Shown in pieces: positions 10,706 to 20,399 of a DNA stretch of 64,000 bases. Position numbers and translations under genes: made by a program. Source of the stretch: Cyanidioschyzon merolae (taxonomy: Eukaryota). Location: NCBI GenBank assembly GCA_000091205.1, contig AP006501.2; one strand, 5' to 3'. The first letter of the stretch is position 1. Each line of letters starts with the position of its first letter. Under the pieces are notes generated by a model. It had not been told where the DNA came from. It saw only the letters and a list, made by a program, of their open reading frames with translations, and did not search any database.

Positions 10706-11761
10706 CTATAGCCTCGAAGTTCTTTCGAACGCGTTGCAGAGGACTTCACAAAAGTTACGCCAGGCAGAGCCCCTATCATACGGGAAGTGCACTGGAGGCG
10801 GATTGCTGTCCTGAAGATCCAACCCGGTTCCCGGAGGCGCTCCACGATGATTCCATGGCCAACTTTGATGTGTAGACGAAACCAGATCTGCAGCCTTTGC
10901 GTGCTCATGCTTATCACCCAAATTTTCATCTCGTTCCTGGAACATAGACCTGTGGGAATCATCCACAAATTCTAAAGTTGGAAATGTTTCGAAGATCAAA
11001 TCCTGCGGCTCAGGAGCTTCTAACCCTTCTCTAGTAGTCTGAAGCTCCTTCCAGGCGAAGAGCACTGCTTTCCACTTGTAGTACTCCTTAAATGTCATGT
11101 TTTTGCTCGCTAGATAGAGATGGAAACCAAATAAGTACACAACTACACAGAGCAAAAACGAGAAGCTAAGCACACAAAAAAATTCATCGAAATACATGCA
11201 TTCTAGTCTTTGGGTATCCACTCTGCGGCTTCCTGTCCAAAACGCCTCAAAAGGCGGCCCACAGCGCTGTATTTGATCCAAGAGAGCGGAGGCGCTGATG
11301 AGAAACCCATGGATAACGGCACAGACATGCAGGAACAAAAACAAAATAAAATGGGGGCGGTTTCTCCGCCCAATATCGTTATTCACCCATAAACAATAGT
11401 GATCATGGCACTCGATGCAGCGATCCGTCACACTTGAGTGTGAAACGCGGGGCAGTCGCCCCAGTCCGCAGAACTCGCACTTGACACCTGCTACGTACAA
11501 AACGCCGTCATATCTGGGTTCCCTCTCTGCAGCCGACTTGACAGCTGCTGCGGTAACAGTACCGGGGTCACGCAAAGATACGCTCAATAAGGCCCCAAAC
11601 AGCACGACTTGCCAGCAAAAAATATGCCAGTGCGCTGCGTAAGGGAAAGTTTTCTGCGGCAAGTCCCTGTCCAATGCGAGGAAGAGTACGCAGAAAGTAA
11701 GACCTGAGACTAAGGGATAGGCGAAGGGTCCGTACCTTTGCAAACGGGATTTCGGAAGCAT
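10706..11761 (-). CDS. DHHC-family protein S-acyltransferase (DHYC variant)
   Basis: Cys-rich domain CIECHDHYCLWVNNDIGRRNRPHF flanked by transmembrane segments. Confidence 0.85.
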   Translation of the reverse strand: MLPKSRLQRYGPFAYPLVSGLTFCVLFLALDRDLPQKTFPYAAHWHIFCWQVVLFGALLSVSLRDPGTVTAAAVKSAAEREPRYDGVLYVAGVKCEFCGLGRLPRVSHSSVTDRCIECHDHYCLWVNNDIGRRNRPHFILFLFLHVCAVIHGFLISASALLDQIQRCGPPFEAFWTGSRRVDTQRLECMYFDEFFCVLSFSFLLCVVVYLFGFHLYLASKNMTFKEYYKWKAVLFAWKELQTTREGLEAPEPQDLIFETFPTLEFVDDSHRSMFQERDENLGDKHEHAKAADLVSSTHQSWPWNHRGAPPGTGLDLQDSNPPPVHFPYDRGSAWRNFCEVLCNAFERTSRL

Positions 11762-13362
11762 TGAGTTCGGGGTTTCCCTGCAGCCATAACTTGACTGTTT
11801 CTCGTGAAGGTCTCAACAAGCGCAACGCCCTTCAAGTCTGGATTGGAGGAGCCGCGAATGATAGAGCCTTGGCATGATCAGAGTGACCACTAGGCCCGAA
11901 ACCCTTGGCGGAATGAAATTGAGTGGATCGTCTGGCTCGGGTGTACACTCTTAAGTTTGGGTCGTTCCGATTGTCATTAACACAAGCACTTTTGGGCTTT
12001 TTTGTGACTGCTTCCTTTTCTTCTCTCTCATCTTCCTCTCTAGATACGCCGATCACTCCTTTCTCTCCAGCTTTGTAGTCAGCAACAGAAGGGTATTACT
12101 GATATCATTCAGGTGCTTGGTTCGCTTCTTGCGGATGTTGTCGACCCGTGTCATACACGAGCGTGAGCTGCGAACTACCCGGTGATTCCCACTTTGCATC
12201 TTCTCAGAATGCAGCCTTGGTGCTAACTTCGCAGCGGTGACACTTGACTGTGGTCGAATATTCCCATAGGTCCACAATACCTCCTCCAATTCCGAGGGTC
12301 AATATGTGCCCCGTGGAGGCTTGTCTCATTGCATCGTTCATGTCCTGGACGGGTTTAGAAGCCACGCCTCGATTCCCTCTCTCCGTTCCTGTGCCTCTTG
12401 TCGTGCACTGAGTTCATGAAGTTTCCTGCCAGTGGTTCCCTTGGCGAGTGCTCTGTCGGCTGCACGTGTCAGCGCTTGCTGTTCAAATCCACAAACGTAT
12501 GTGGAACGAGATGTTTTCCATAATGAAACACGTATCCGAAGAAAACGATTGGCCACAAATCAAATGCAGAGATTTGGACCCATCCACGCATAGCTCATGC
12601 GACGCTGTGACGCACTCTCTACTGGAAATGAACGGTTTTATGACTGAAATCCGACTGCAAGGCCTCTCTCCATGCAAAACAGAAGACATGCGAGCACAAG
12701 GGAGAATATCCCATGAGCGGTATCACGCAGGTGTCGAACGTCGCATCGTGGCGGGCCACAAAGAGATGGGGATATCCGATAGGGACAGGATCGATTATTT
12801 GAGGTGACAATTTGGGTGGACTTCTGTCATGCGTTTGTGAATGAGCTGCCAAGGGATGACGCTGCGTTTTCTCCTTGTCAATGCACCGGTACGAGTTTAT
12901 GCGCCCTGGAGCTGCTTTGCACCAGAAAGATCATAAATTTTGAGAATGCGTGATTTGAGCGCGCGACACGTGAGAGAAGGTGAGACTTAGGGACGTGTGC
13001 GTGCAAATAGGAAAACAATATCATATGCTATTTGACGCACCCTAGCTCGAGGGCGTCGCGAATAGACTTGATTTCGGTGACGCAAAGAATTCCGAGATTA
13101 AAGTTTTGGAGACACTATGCGGATCCGAATGCGAAGAAGACCTAGAGTAGGACTGAATCCGTATGCCACCGTTACTGCACACTGAACGTCGAGGCTGTCA
13201 TTCTAAACCTAGTTCGAAAAAAATTTTAAGGCAGAATGAGGGCAAGCATTTCAATGTCCCATTTTTACCCGACACGGACACTGGCTATGCGCCGTTCTGT
13301 ATCCTGGAGTACCTATTCGAACCATGAACCTCTTGGTGGACTAAAGTGCTCTCTAGAGCGTA

Positions 13363-15900
13363 ATGGGGGACCTTTCGCTGGGATTTGAGAAGTCCTGCGT
13401 TGAAATCGAACAAAAGCTGGTCGGTTGCCGCCGAGCTGGGTACCACGCTCTAGACTGTATTCGGTTGAAGTGCAGTTCCGAAGGTGCTGCTGTCACACAA
13501 TCGTTGCTTGCTTTCAGCAACGATCGAGCAGTTTACGTCACGAACCTGACAGGAATTAGGTACTCACTCGTTAGCCACGAAGGCATCGTAAACTGTCTGC
13601 GTTGGCAGCGACTCGGAGGTCAGGGCAACCTTTACGGCACGGGAGTACTCGTGAGTGGCGACGCAGCCGGCGCTCTGTGCGTTTGGCGCCCGCAGGGCTT
13701 GATTCATCGTTTCGACCTGGCGAAGCTATTCTCAACGACAGATTCTGCGACGGATCACTCACTCTTTTCGATTGTTTGTTTAGCAGTTCCGCCTGGTGCC
13801 GGCGAAGTGGCAACTGTTGGTACGAGCGGGCCGCTCTTCAGTTGTACTTCTGGTGGCTATCTTTATGCATTTGAGTATGCGAACACGGCATCGGCAGTAC
13901 AACTTACAGCCTTGCCTGAGAGTGTAGACTGCTTGCCTTTGGGTTCTGGAGCGATACGATCGGAGCAATCTTTTGATGGATGCTATCTCGTGTTTGTTGG
14001 CAATACCATAGGTACCATTGAAGGTTTTTTGTATAACAGCAAGCACCAAACATTCGCAAGAACAACAACAATCGAAGGACATGCAGACTGTATTCGAGAC
14101 GTGGCGCTGCACGTGATGGACATCCGAAATCAATGCGCCGATCAACTGCAAAATCGACGGAATGCTACTGGGCACGTCTTACTCGCGTCTGCGAGTCAAG
14201 ACGGCACAGCTCGCTTGTGGCTCGTCGCGTCGAGCACGCATCAGGGACATTTGGATTTAATAGATGACCCGGAGTGCCTTACGGTGCTCTATGATCATCA
14301 GTCAGCTGTTACCACTGTGAAATTTATCCGGGGCTCGTGTTGTGCAGACGAGAGGCCTCGTTTGTTGACGGCAGCCTTTGACCGCACCGTGAAGCTCTGG
14401 GAGCTGAGTGGGGATTCAGCGCCAAGGATTCAGCGTGTTGCAGAGATGGGTGTTATCGGTGAGCAAAGCTCCTTCCATGGGTTCTACAGCGCCGCCTACG
14501 GGGAATGGGATGACGGTCAAAGCGTTGTTTTCGCAACAACCTACACTGGTGCCGTCTTCCAGTGGCGGAATGCATCATCTCAGAATCTGTGGCGTAACGA
14601 TGAGCCGTGCATTAGGGGGCACAACCTGGGCGTTACTGATTTGGACTGGTGCCCCCCTGATGGCTTGATGCTCGTCACCGTTTCGCGGGATATGACGTGC
14701 AGACTCTTTGCTAAGGCGCAGGTCACCACTGCGTATCAGTGGGTGGAATTAGCACGCCCTCAGGTGCACGGTCACGAAATTTTCGCTGTTCGCTTTGTCG
14801 GAAAAAGTGGGCTGAAACTAGCATCTGCTGCAGAAGAAAAAGCGGTGCGTTTGTTTGATGCTCCCCAGCAGTTTGTCGAGGAATTATCTGGTATATTGCA
14901 AACAACGAGGCCGGAGGCCTGTTCTGACGGAAAGCCGCGTCCCGTTCGAGCGTCCCGCATCGCGCTTTCCCTTACGAACCAACCTGAGTATGAAGCATCA
15001 GAATCAAACGAGGGTGAGGAGATTCATAGGGACCTGAGCCCCAGCGCCGGACGACTCGGAAGGTTCCCTGCATCGGGCGCTTCGCCTCGAACGGAGGCGA
15101 CACTTCAGCAAGACACTCTATGGCCAGAGTGCGAGCAACTATTTGCTCATCCAAACAATGTTCAGCGGTTGGATTCCATCGAGCAACAGGACGGCTCTTT
15201 CATCCTAGCCTCTGCCTGTGTCGCACAATCTATGCGGGAATCCGCTATTCAGCTGTGGGAGATTCAAGATGCGGCTGTTGAACTCCATGATCTTCGTTGC
15301 CATGATCTGACCGTGACGGACCTTCGTTTCGCGTATAGGATCGTAGGAAAAACCCGACGGAACCTCCTGCTGTCCGTGGCGAGGGATCGCTCGTGGATTG
15401 TGTGGAATGTGCATTCCCGAGAGGTTATCTCGCGGAGAAAGAATGCACATGCGCGAATGATCCTCACATGCGCTTGGGTGGATCCCCAACAAGGGCTTTT
15501 CGCCACTGGTGGACGGGACAAGTGCATTCACTTGTGGCAAGTTTCGAATTTCGATGCTCCAGAAGCAGAATCCTTGGCAGAGCCTCTTCAGTCGTGGCGT
15601 CTGCACAGTGCCGTCACGGCGATGGATGTGTTCAGTGACAGGCCGGATCGCGCCATCGTCCTCGCTGGCCTTGAGTCCGGAGCTCTTCACGGTTTCAGCG
15701 TGAGCACGGTGGCGCCTTACTGCTCGAAAGCGCTCCAGATGTCTGAAAACGTCCGACACGTTCGAGCGGTAAGTCGAATTCGTTTTCGACCCCGATCGAG
15801 AGGTGTGTTTGCGTCCTGCAGTGAAGATGGTAGCGTGATGATAGCGCGTATACTCACTACGGAAAAGAACGAGGTTGCTGACACCGTTTCTACTTTCTAA
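13363..15900 (+). CDS. ELP2: WD40-repeat protein, probably Elongator subunit 2 (ELP2-like)
   Basis: Multiple WD repeats (LLASASQDGTARLW, DRTVKLWEL). N-terminal LLAFSNDRAVYVTNLTG..HEGIVNCLRW parallels human ELP2 LLAFGTSCSVVLYDP..VVTNLNGHTARVNCIQW. The ~845 aa length fits. Confidence 0.55.
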   Translation: MGDLSLGFEKSCVEIEQKLVGCRRAGYHALDCIRLKCSSEGAAVTQSLLAFSNDRAVYVTNLTGIRYSLVSHEGIVNCLRWQRLGGQGNLYGTGVLVSGDAAGALCVWRPQGLIHRFDLAKLFSTTDSATDHSLFSIVCLAVPPGAGEVATVGTSGPLFSCTSGGYLYAFEYANTASAVQLTALPESVDCLPLGSGAIRSEQSFDGCYLVFVGNTIGTIEGFLYNSKHQTFARTTTIEGHADCIRDVALHVMDIRNQCADQLQNRRNATGHVLLASASQDGTARLWLVASSTHQGHLDLIDDPECLTVLYDHQSAVTTVKFIRGSCCADERPRLLTAAFDRTVKLWELSGDSAPRIQRVAEMGVIGEQSSFHGFYSAAYGEWDDGQSVVFATTYTGAVFQWRNASSQNLWRNDEPCIRGHNLGVTDLDWCPPDGLMLVTVSRDMTCRLFAKAQVTTAYQWVELARPQVHGHEIFAVRFVGKSGLKLASAAEEKAVRLFDAPQQFVEELSGILQTTRPEACSDGKPRPVRASRIALSLTNQPEYEASESNEGEEIHRDLSPSAGRLGRFPASGASPRTEATLQQDTLWPECEQLFAHPNNVQRLDSIEQQDGSFILASACVAQSMRESAIQLWEIQDAAVELHDLRCHDLTVTDLRFAYRIVGKTRRNLLLSVARDRSWIVWNVHSREVISRRKNAHARMILTCAWVDPQQGLFATGGRDKCIHLWQVSNFDAPEAESLAEPLQSWRLHSAVTAMDVFSDRPDRAIVLAGLESGALHGFSVSTVAPYCSKALQMSENVRHVRAVSRIRFRPRSRGVFASCSEDGSVMIARILTTEKNEVADTVSTF

Positions 15901-16300
15901 CTGTTGTACCGTGGCGAAACAACTTGCTGCTATTATGCGTTTAGGTAATATGCACGAAATCATTCTTTCTTGACATCGCGGATTCGATAATCAGGCACCC
16001 GGTACCCGATCCATTCTGAAGCAGGGACGATGCAGTATCGAACCAGAATCAACTGGAGTGTGACTGCCAGAAGGCTCGTGTGCGAAAAACTGCCACCAGC
16101 GTGCGCGCCGAATGCCCACGACGTATGCGGGTCTGTCTAGTCCCGCCTGCCAACGCAACCCGACATGGCCTCCGTACGCTTGAAGGTACCCAATGTGCCG
16201 CTATCTGGAGTGCGCTGCTCCCTATAACCATGTCTCTTTTCATCAAGCGCGAGATCTCAATCAAATACTCTTCCCGCACAACTCCCCCCGCGACAGCCGC

Positions 16301-19300
16301 TCACTCATCCTCGTTGTCGGCGTCTTCCACCTCATGTTCAAGAAGACTACCGGCCATAGACAAGATCTCTACCTCGCCTGACTTGAGCCGTGCTAGAGTC
16401 TGGGCATATGACGACATGGCATGGGTCTCGTTGCCGCCAAGATGGTCTCGTACCCGACAGGTCTCAAGAACGTCCTCGAATGCAAGCAAACGCGTTCGCA
16501 ATCGTTCAATCTGATACTTGTCTTGCACAAGGATTTCAAAGAATAGTATCGCAGTATCTCTGGATATGCGGCTGGATGATCCCACAATCGAGATGCCCTC
16601 ACTCGAGATCGTACCTGCAATCCGTGACAGTAGACCAGGGCCATCGCGCGCCATCAGCGCGAGGCGCACTGGATAGCGTGAACGCGGCGCGCACCAGCGC
16701 ACGCTCACGCATGCCTCGGGATCACCGCGGAGGCTCGCGAGGCAGCGCACGCAGCGGAGGCGATGGACTTCAAAGGCGGCGGGTACTCCGTGGCTTGCCG
16801 GCCGAATTCGGATCGCAACAATACGATCGCCTGGTACGGGATTGCAGCAGCACGCAGCGAAACACTCTGGGTGAATGTCCTCACACGCTTCAGCTGCATT
16901 ACTTGCACCACTGGACAAGGTTCGACTTGAAGACGAATCCGTTCCAGGTTGACGCTCACGTTCAGGAAGTGAGCGTTCTAGGTATCGCTCAGCGTCCTTT
17001 TCTGGAAATTCGGCTGCTTCGAGGGTCTGGTAATTGGCTGGCGGATCGCGAGCACTCGACCTCAAGTAAAGAGGACTTGTTTCCTCTTCCGCAAATGTTC
17101 CATCGATTTCTGTATCAGGGACGCCAGTGTCAGCTGCAGCGTGCACATCGTTGTTACTTGCTGCAGTTGTATGCAGCTCTTCAAGAGTGCGGATGCGATC
17201 TGGATCAATATCCCGACAAAAATGGCATAAAATTTTTGCGGCAGCTGTTAATCCTCCGAATCGATGCACATAAACGAGCAGATCTTCCAAACATCGGATT
17301 TCAAGGGCTCGGGCCGGTGCGCAAACTTTCGGCACCAGTATAGGGAGGGCTGATTCCAAGACCAAGTCATTTGGAATCTCGTTCTCGTCCACACAAAGAT
17401 GCCGCGCTGCTGCTTGAAGAAGCTCTCTACCTCGCTCGCATGCCTCCTTCACTTCACGAGATCGAAGGAATCGGCGAATCTTCTGCTTGGCAGTGCGTGA
17501 ACGCGCGTAACGAAGCCACTCGCGGCTAGGCCCAGGTGCAGCCGGCGATGTAATGATTTTGATGCTATCCGCATTGCTGAGCTCGTAATCGAGCGGCACA
17601 AACCGGCCGGCTACACGAGCCCCGATCATTTGATTTCCTACGTCTGAGTGAATATGGTAGGCAGCATCTACGACAGTAGAGCCTTTCGGAAGATCCAAAA
17701 TGTAATTTTTCGGCGTGAATACGTAGACTCGATTCCCCAGGAGATCCTTCTGAACCGCATCAACACAGTCCTTGGAGTTCCCCGAATATTCCTTGCAGTA
17801 CTCCAGAATGTTGCGGAGCCAGTCTTCTGAGTGTTTTTGCCAGTGGTTTTGCGGTGAATGCAGCGTCCCATTTCCTGCCGCTTGTTGTCCACTTCGGAGC
17901 CTCGTTTCTGGCCAGAATTCCATAGCAATACCATATTCTGCTTGAACGTGCATGCTATCTGTGAAGATCTGCACCTCCACGGGGTGGAATCCACCCTTCG
18001 GACCCAGAAGCACCAGCGTGTGTAAACTCTGGTAGCCATTCGGTTTCGGATACGCAACAAAATCCTTCACATGCCCTGGAAATGGTCGGAAAAGCGAATG
18101 TACACGCCCCAGGATATGATAGCAGATATTTCTACCGAATGAAGGATCATAGTGCTCCTCGCTGAGTCCGACAATAATTTGCACAGTAGCGAGGTCATGG
18201 ATATTTTCCAGCCGTGCACCCTGCAAAATTCTTTGGTAGATGGAGAACAGATTTTTGAGAGCTACCTTCGTGCAGATCTCCCGCACCAAGGGTTTCAAGA
18301 TAGAGTCGTTCTCCAGAGAATCCACTAGAGCGTCCGCCGCGTGAGCCAGATTCATCTCAAGGTTCGTGCGATCTTTGTATATTCGCACTTGTTCGGAAAG
18401 TAGGCCATACTCTTTTGGATGCAAAAAGCGGAACGATAAGTCTTCCAACTCGGACGCTATTCGAGCCAGCCCGAGACGATGTGCGAGCGGCACAAATATC
18501 CCCAAGGTCTCCTGCGCGATGCTCTGCTGCTTGAGTGGTGGCATATGCTCCAAAGTTCGCATATTATGGAGTCGATCTGCCAGCTTCACGACTATAACCC
18601 GAATATCCTCCGCCATAGAGACAAACATGCGACGGATATACTCTGCCTGTTGCTCCTCTTTGCTGGATTTCCGAAAGTTCGGAGCTGCTCCGTTCGGCGA
18701 GTGCTCGGTCACAGTGCCGTTCGCGACTGTAGCCCTAATCTCGAAGTTCTGGTCAAGAGTTGAGGCGTCTATTTCTTCGCCTCCAGCCAGGTCATGATCG
18801 AGCCGTAAGCCCTTGAACTTGCTCCGAACTGCTGCAGCTGCGGCAGTTGCTGCCGCGGCTGCCGCTGATGCCGCTGCAGCAATCATGGAGACCGGAGCCA
18901 TGAGTGCACCATTGGCACCGCTAACAGCGTTGCTCGGTTTCATCTTTCTGGCTATTTTGGAGACTTTGGTTTCCGATTCAACAATATTTCGAACAACATG
19001 GCCAAAAAGACTTTCAACAGCATCAAGAGTGAGGTCTGTGTCCTCGACGGTATCGTGTAAGAGCCCAGCGATGAGTGTGTCAACGTCCATCCGAAGTTCC
19101 GCGAGAAGAAGAGCAACTGCGACGGGATGTGTGATGAAGGGCTCACCAGACCGACGAAGCTGCCCACTGTGCGCCGCAAATGCCACTTCGAGGGCACGGT
19201 GCAGACTCTCTATGGCCTCCTTGTCAAGGTAGTTCGCCTTTTCCCGTAAGCTGTGGAAAGACTGTGTAAACAACTCCCTCTCCGCGTGTGTAAGCGTCCG

Positions 19301-19540
19301 AGGCTTGCTCTCTGGAGAAACACCATCTAAGCTGCCTTTCGTGATCTGAAAGTCACTACCCGAGAGCAACAGGTCCTTCAAGACTTTTCGACAACGGGGA
19401 CGACGAATAGTTGGTCTCTCGAAGCGTCTTTGATTCGGAGACCAAAAGAGCGTCTTCGTTGTACTCAGATTGGTTGCGTAATTGTTGCTCTCGCGATAGC
19501 TCCTGGGAGCGTACACTGAAATGAAAGAAGGGCACTCCAT
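16301..19540 (-). CDS. RSH: RelA/SpoT homologue (RSH), a (p)ppGpp synthetase/hydrolase with HD, synthetase, TGS and ACT domains; possible organellar presequence; internal poly-Ala insertion
   Basis: HD motif FITHPVAVALLLAE..LIAGLLHDTVEDTDLT, synthetase GYQSLHTLV, TGS VYVFTPKNYILDLPKGSTVVDAAYHIHSDVGN, and a C-terminal ACT-like region. Confidence 0.9.
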   Translation of the reverse strand: MECPSFISVYAPRSYRESNNYATNLSTTKTLFWSPNQRRFERPTIRRPRCRKVLKDLLLSGSDFQITKGSLDGVSPESKPRTLTHAERELFTQSFHSLREKANYLDKEAIESLHRALEVAFAAHSGQLRRSGEPFITHPVAVALLLAELRMDVDTLIAGLLHDTVEDTDLTLDAVESLFGHVVRNIVESETKVSKIARKMKPSNAVSGANGALMAPVSMIAAAASAAAAAATAAAAAVRSKFKGLRLDHDLAGGEEIDASTLDQNFEIRATVANGTVTEHSPNGAAPNFRKSSKEEQQAEYIRRMFVSMAEDIRVIVVKLADRLHNMRTLEHMPPLKQQSIAQETLGIFVPLAHRLGLARIASELEDLSFRFLHPKEYGLLSEQVRIYKDRTNLEMNLAHAADALVDSLENDSILKPLVREICTKVALKNLFSIYQRILQGARLENIHDLATVQIIVGLSEEHYDPSFGRNICYHILGRVHSLFRPFPGHVKDFVAYPKPNGYQSLHTLVLLGPKGGFHPVEVQIFTDSMHVQAEYGIAMEFWPETRLRSGQQAAGNGTLHSPQNHWQKHSEDWLRNILEYCKEYSGNSKDCVDAVQKDLLGNRVYVFTPKNYILDLPKGSTVVDAAYHIHSDVGNQMIGARVAGRFVPLDYELSNADSIKIITSPAAPGPSREWLRYARSRTAKQKIRRFLRSREVKEACERGRELLQAAARHLCVDENEIPNDLVLESALPILVPKVCAPARALEIRCLEDLLVYVHRFGGLTAAAKILCHFCRDIDPDRIRTLEELHTTAASNNDVHAAADTGVPDTEIDGTFAEEETSPLYLRSSARDPPANYQTLEAAEFPEKDAERYLERSLPERERQPGTDSSSSRTLSSGASNAAEACEDIHPECFAACCCNPVPGDRIVAIRIRPASHGVPAAFEVHRLRCVRCLASLRGDPEACVSVRWCAPRSRYPVRLALMARDGPGLLSRIAGTISSEGISIVGSSSRISRDTAILFFEILVQDKYQIERLRTRLLAFEDVLETCRVRDHLGGNETHAMSSYAQTLARLKSGEVEILSMAGSLLEHEVEDADNEDE
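18829..18888. repeat. (GCN)n trinucleotide microsatellite encoding a poly-Ala tract inside the RSH gene
   Basis: gctgcagctgcggcagttgctgccgcggctgccgctgatgccgctgcagc encodes AAAASAAAAAATAAAAAV on the minus strand. Confidence 0.85.
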
Positions 19541-20399
19541 AACTCAGGCCAGCAGCCCTGTCGAGAGCCAAACGTCAGGTCTTCCCAAGCACAGCCTGTC
19601 CCAGAGGTAGCGTCCTCCAAAGGAGAACAACAGTTGGATTCGAGCTCCGTCCGAGACCGATTAACTCTCTAGATTGTACATACCGCTGCGAACGGCGCTA
19701 TCATGGATTCCGTCACGCGCGTCTGGGCCGCGATGGAAGCGAATTTCGCGAGGGCGCGATTTTTCTTTAATCATTGACGAAATGTTTACCTGGGCCAGCG
19801 TTCTCCGATTATGCGCATTTTTCTTTTCTTACTTTTTTTGTGTTATTTTTCAGTGCGCGGTGAAGTATCCACCAAATGCCCTACCTCCAAGTTACATCAC
19901 CTATACTTATTCTCGGATATTCTGGTCGTTTCATACGTCCTATCGTGTGCCGAGCCTGCGGCATGCGACCGCAATGGCGCCAATAGCGCCGGTGCAGTCG
20001 CTGCACGGAGACAGAACGGCGTTGGCGAACTGCGAGGGCGCGATGGGGACTTCCTGTACTTCACCTCAACTGTATTCCATCCTATGTGAATGTTACCATA
20101 TGCTTTTTCGCAGTTTTATAGCATATGCGTTCGAATCGCGTACATTTGAAGGGACAAAAAAACCAAGGGACGCTATGGACATGGAATTCGGGGATCCTGG
20201 AGGCCCGGTGTCGCTGGCTGCCGGAGAAAAGGGAAAATAGTAACAAGCCCAGGGAACGGTAGAAGACGAAGAAGCAGAAGCAGAAGGCCAGACGTCAGAA
20301 GCGACTCGAAAAATGACGCAACTACGAGAATTTCGTGGAAGCCTTTCTTCGACGCAATATCAAGGATCCCTAAAAGCAAAAGAAGCAAGAGGCCAACAG

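Noticed and set aside
10333-10968. 211-aa minus-strand ORF overlapping the DHHC gene 3' end in another frame
   Set aside because: It conflicts with the motif-supported DHHC ORF.
16390-17343. 317-aa plus-strand ORF antisense to RSH, and 18366-19232 plus-strand ORFs
   Set aside because: Antisense to a strongly conserved RSH coding region. The composition is Arg/Ser-rich, typical of GC-rich antisense frames.
19674-20240. 188-aa plus-strand ORF between RSH and Fanzor copy 1
   Set aside because: It spans T-rich and purine-rich low-complexity DNA with no motifs; probably intergenic or promoter sequence.
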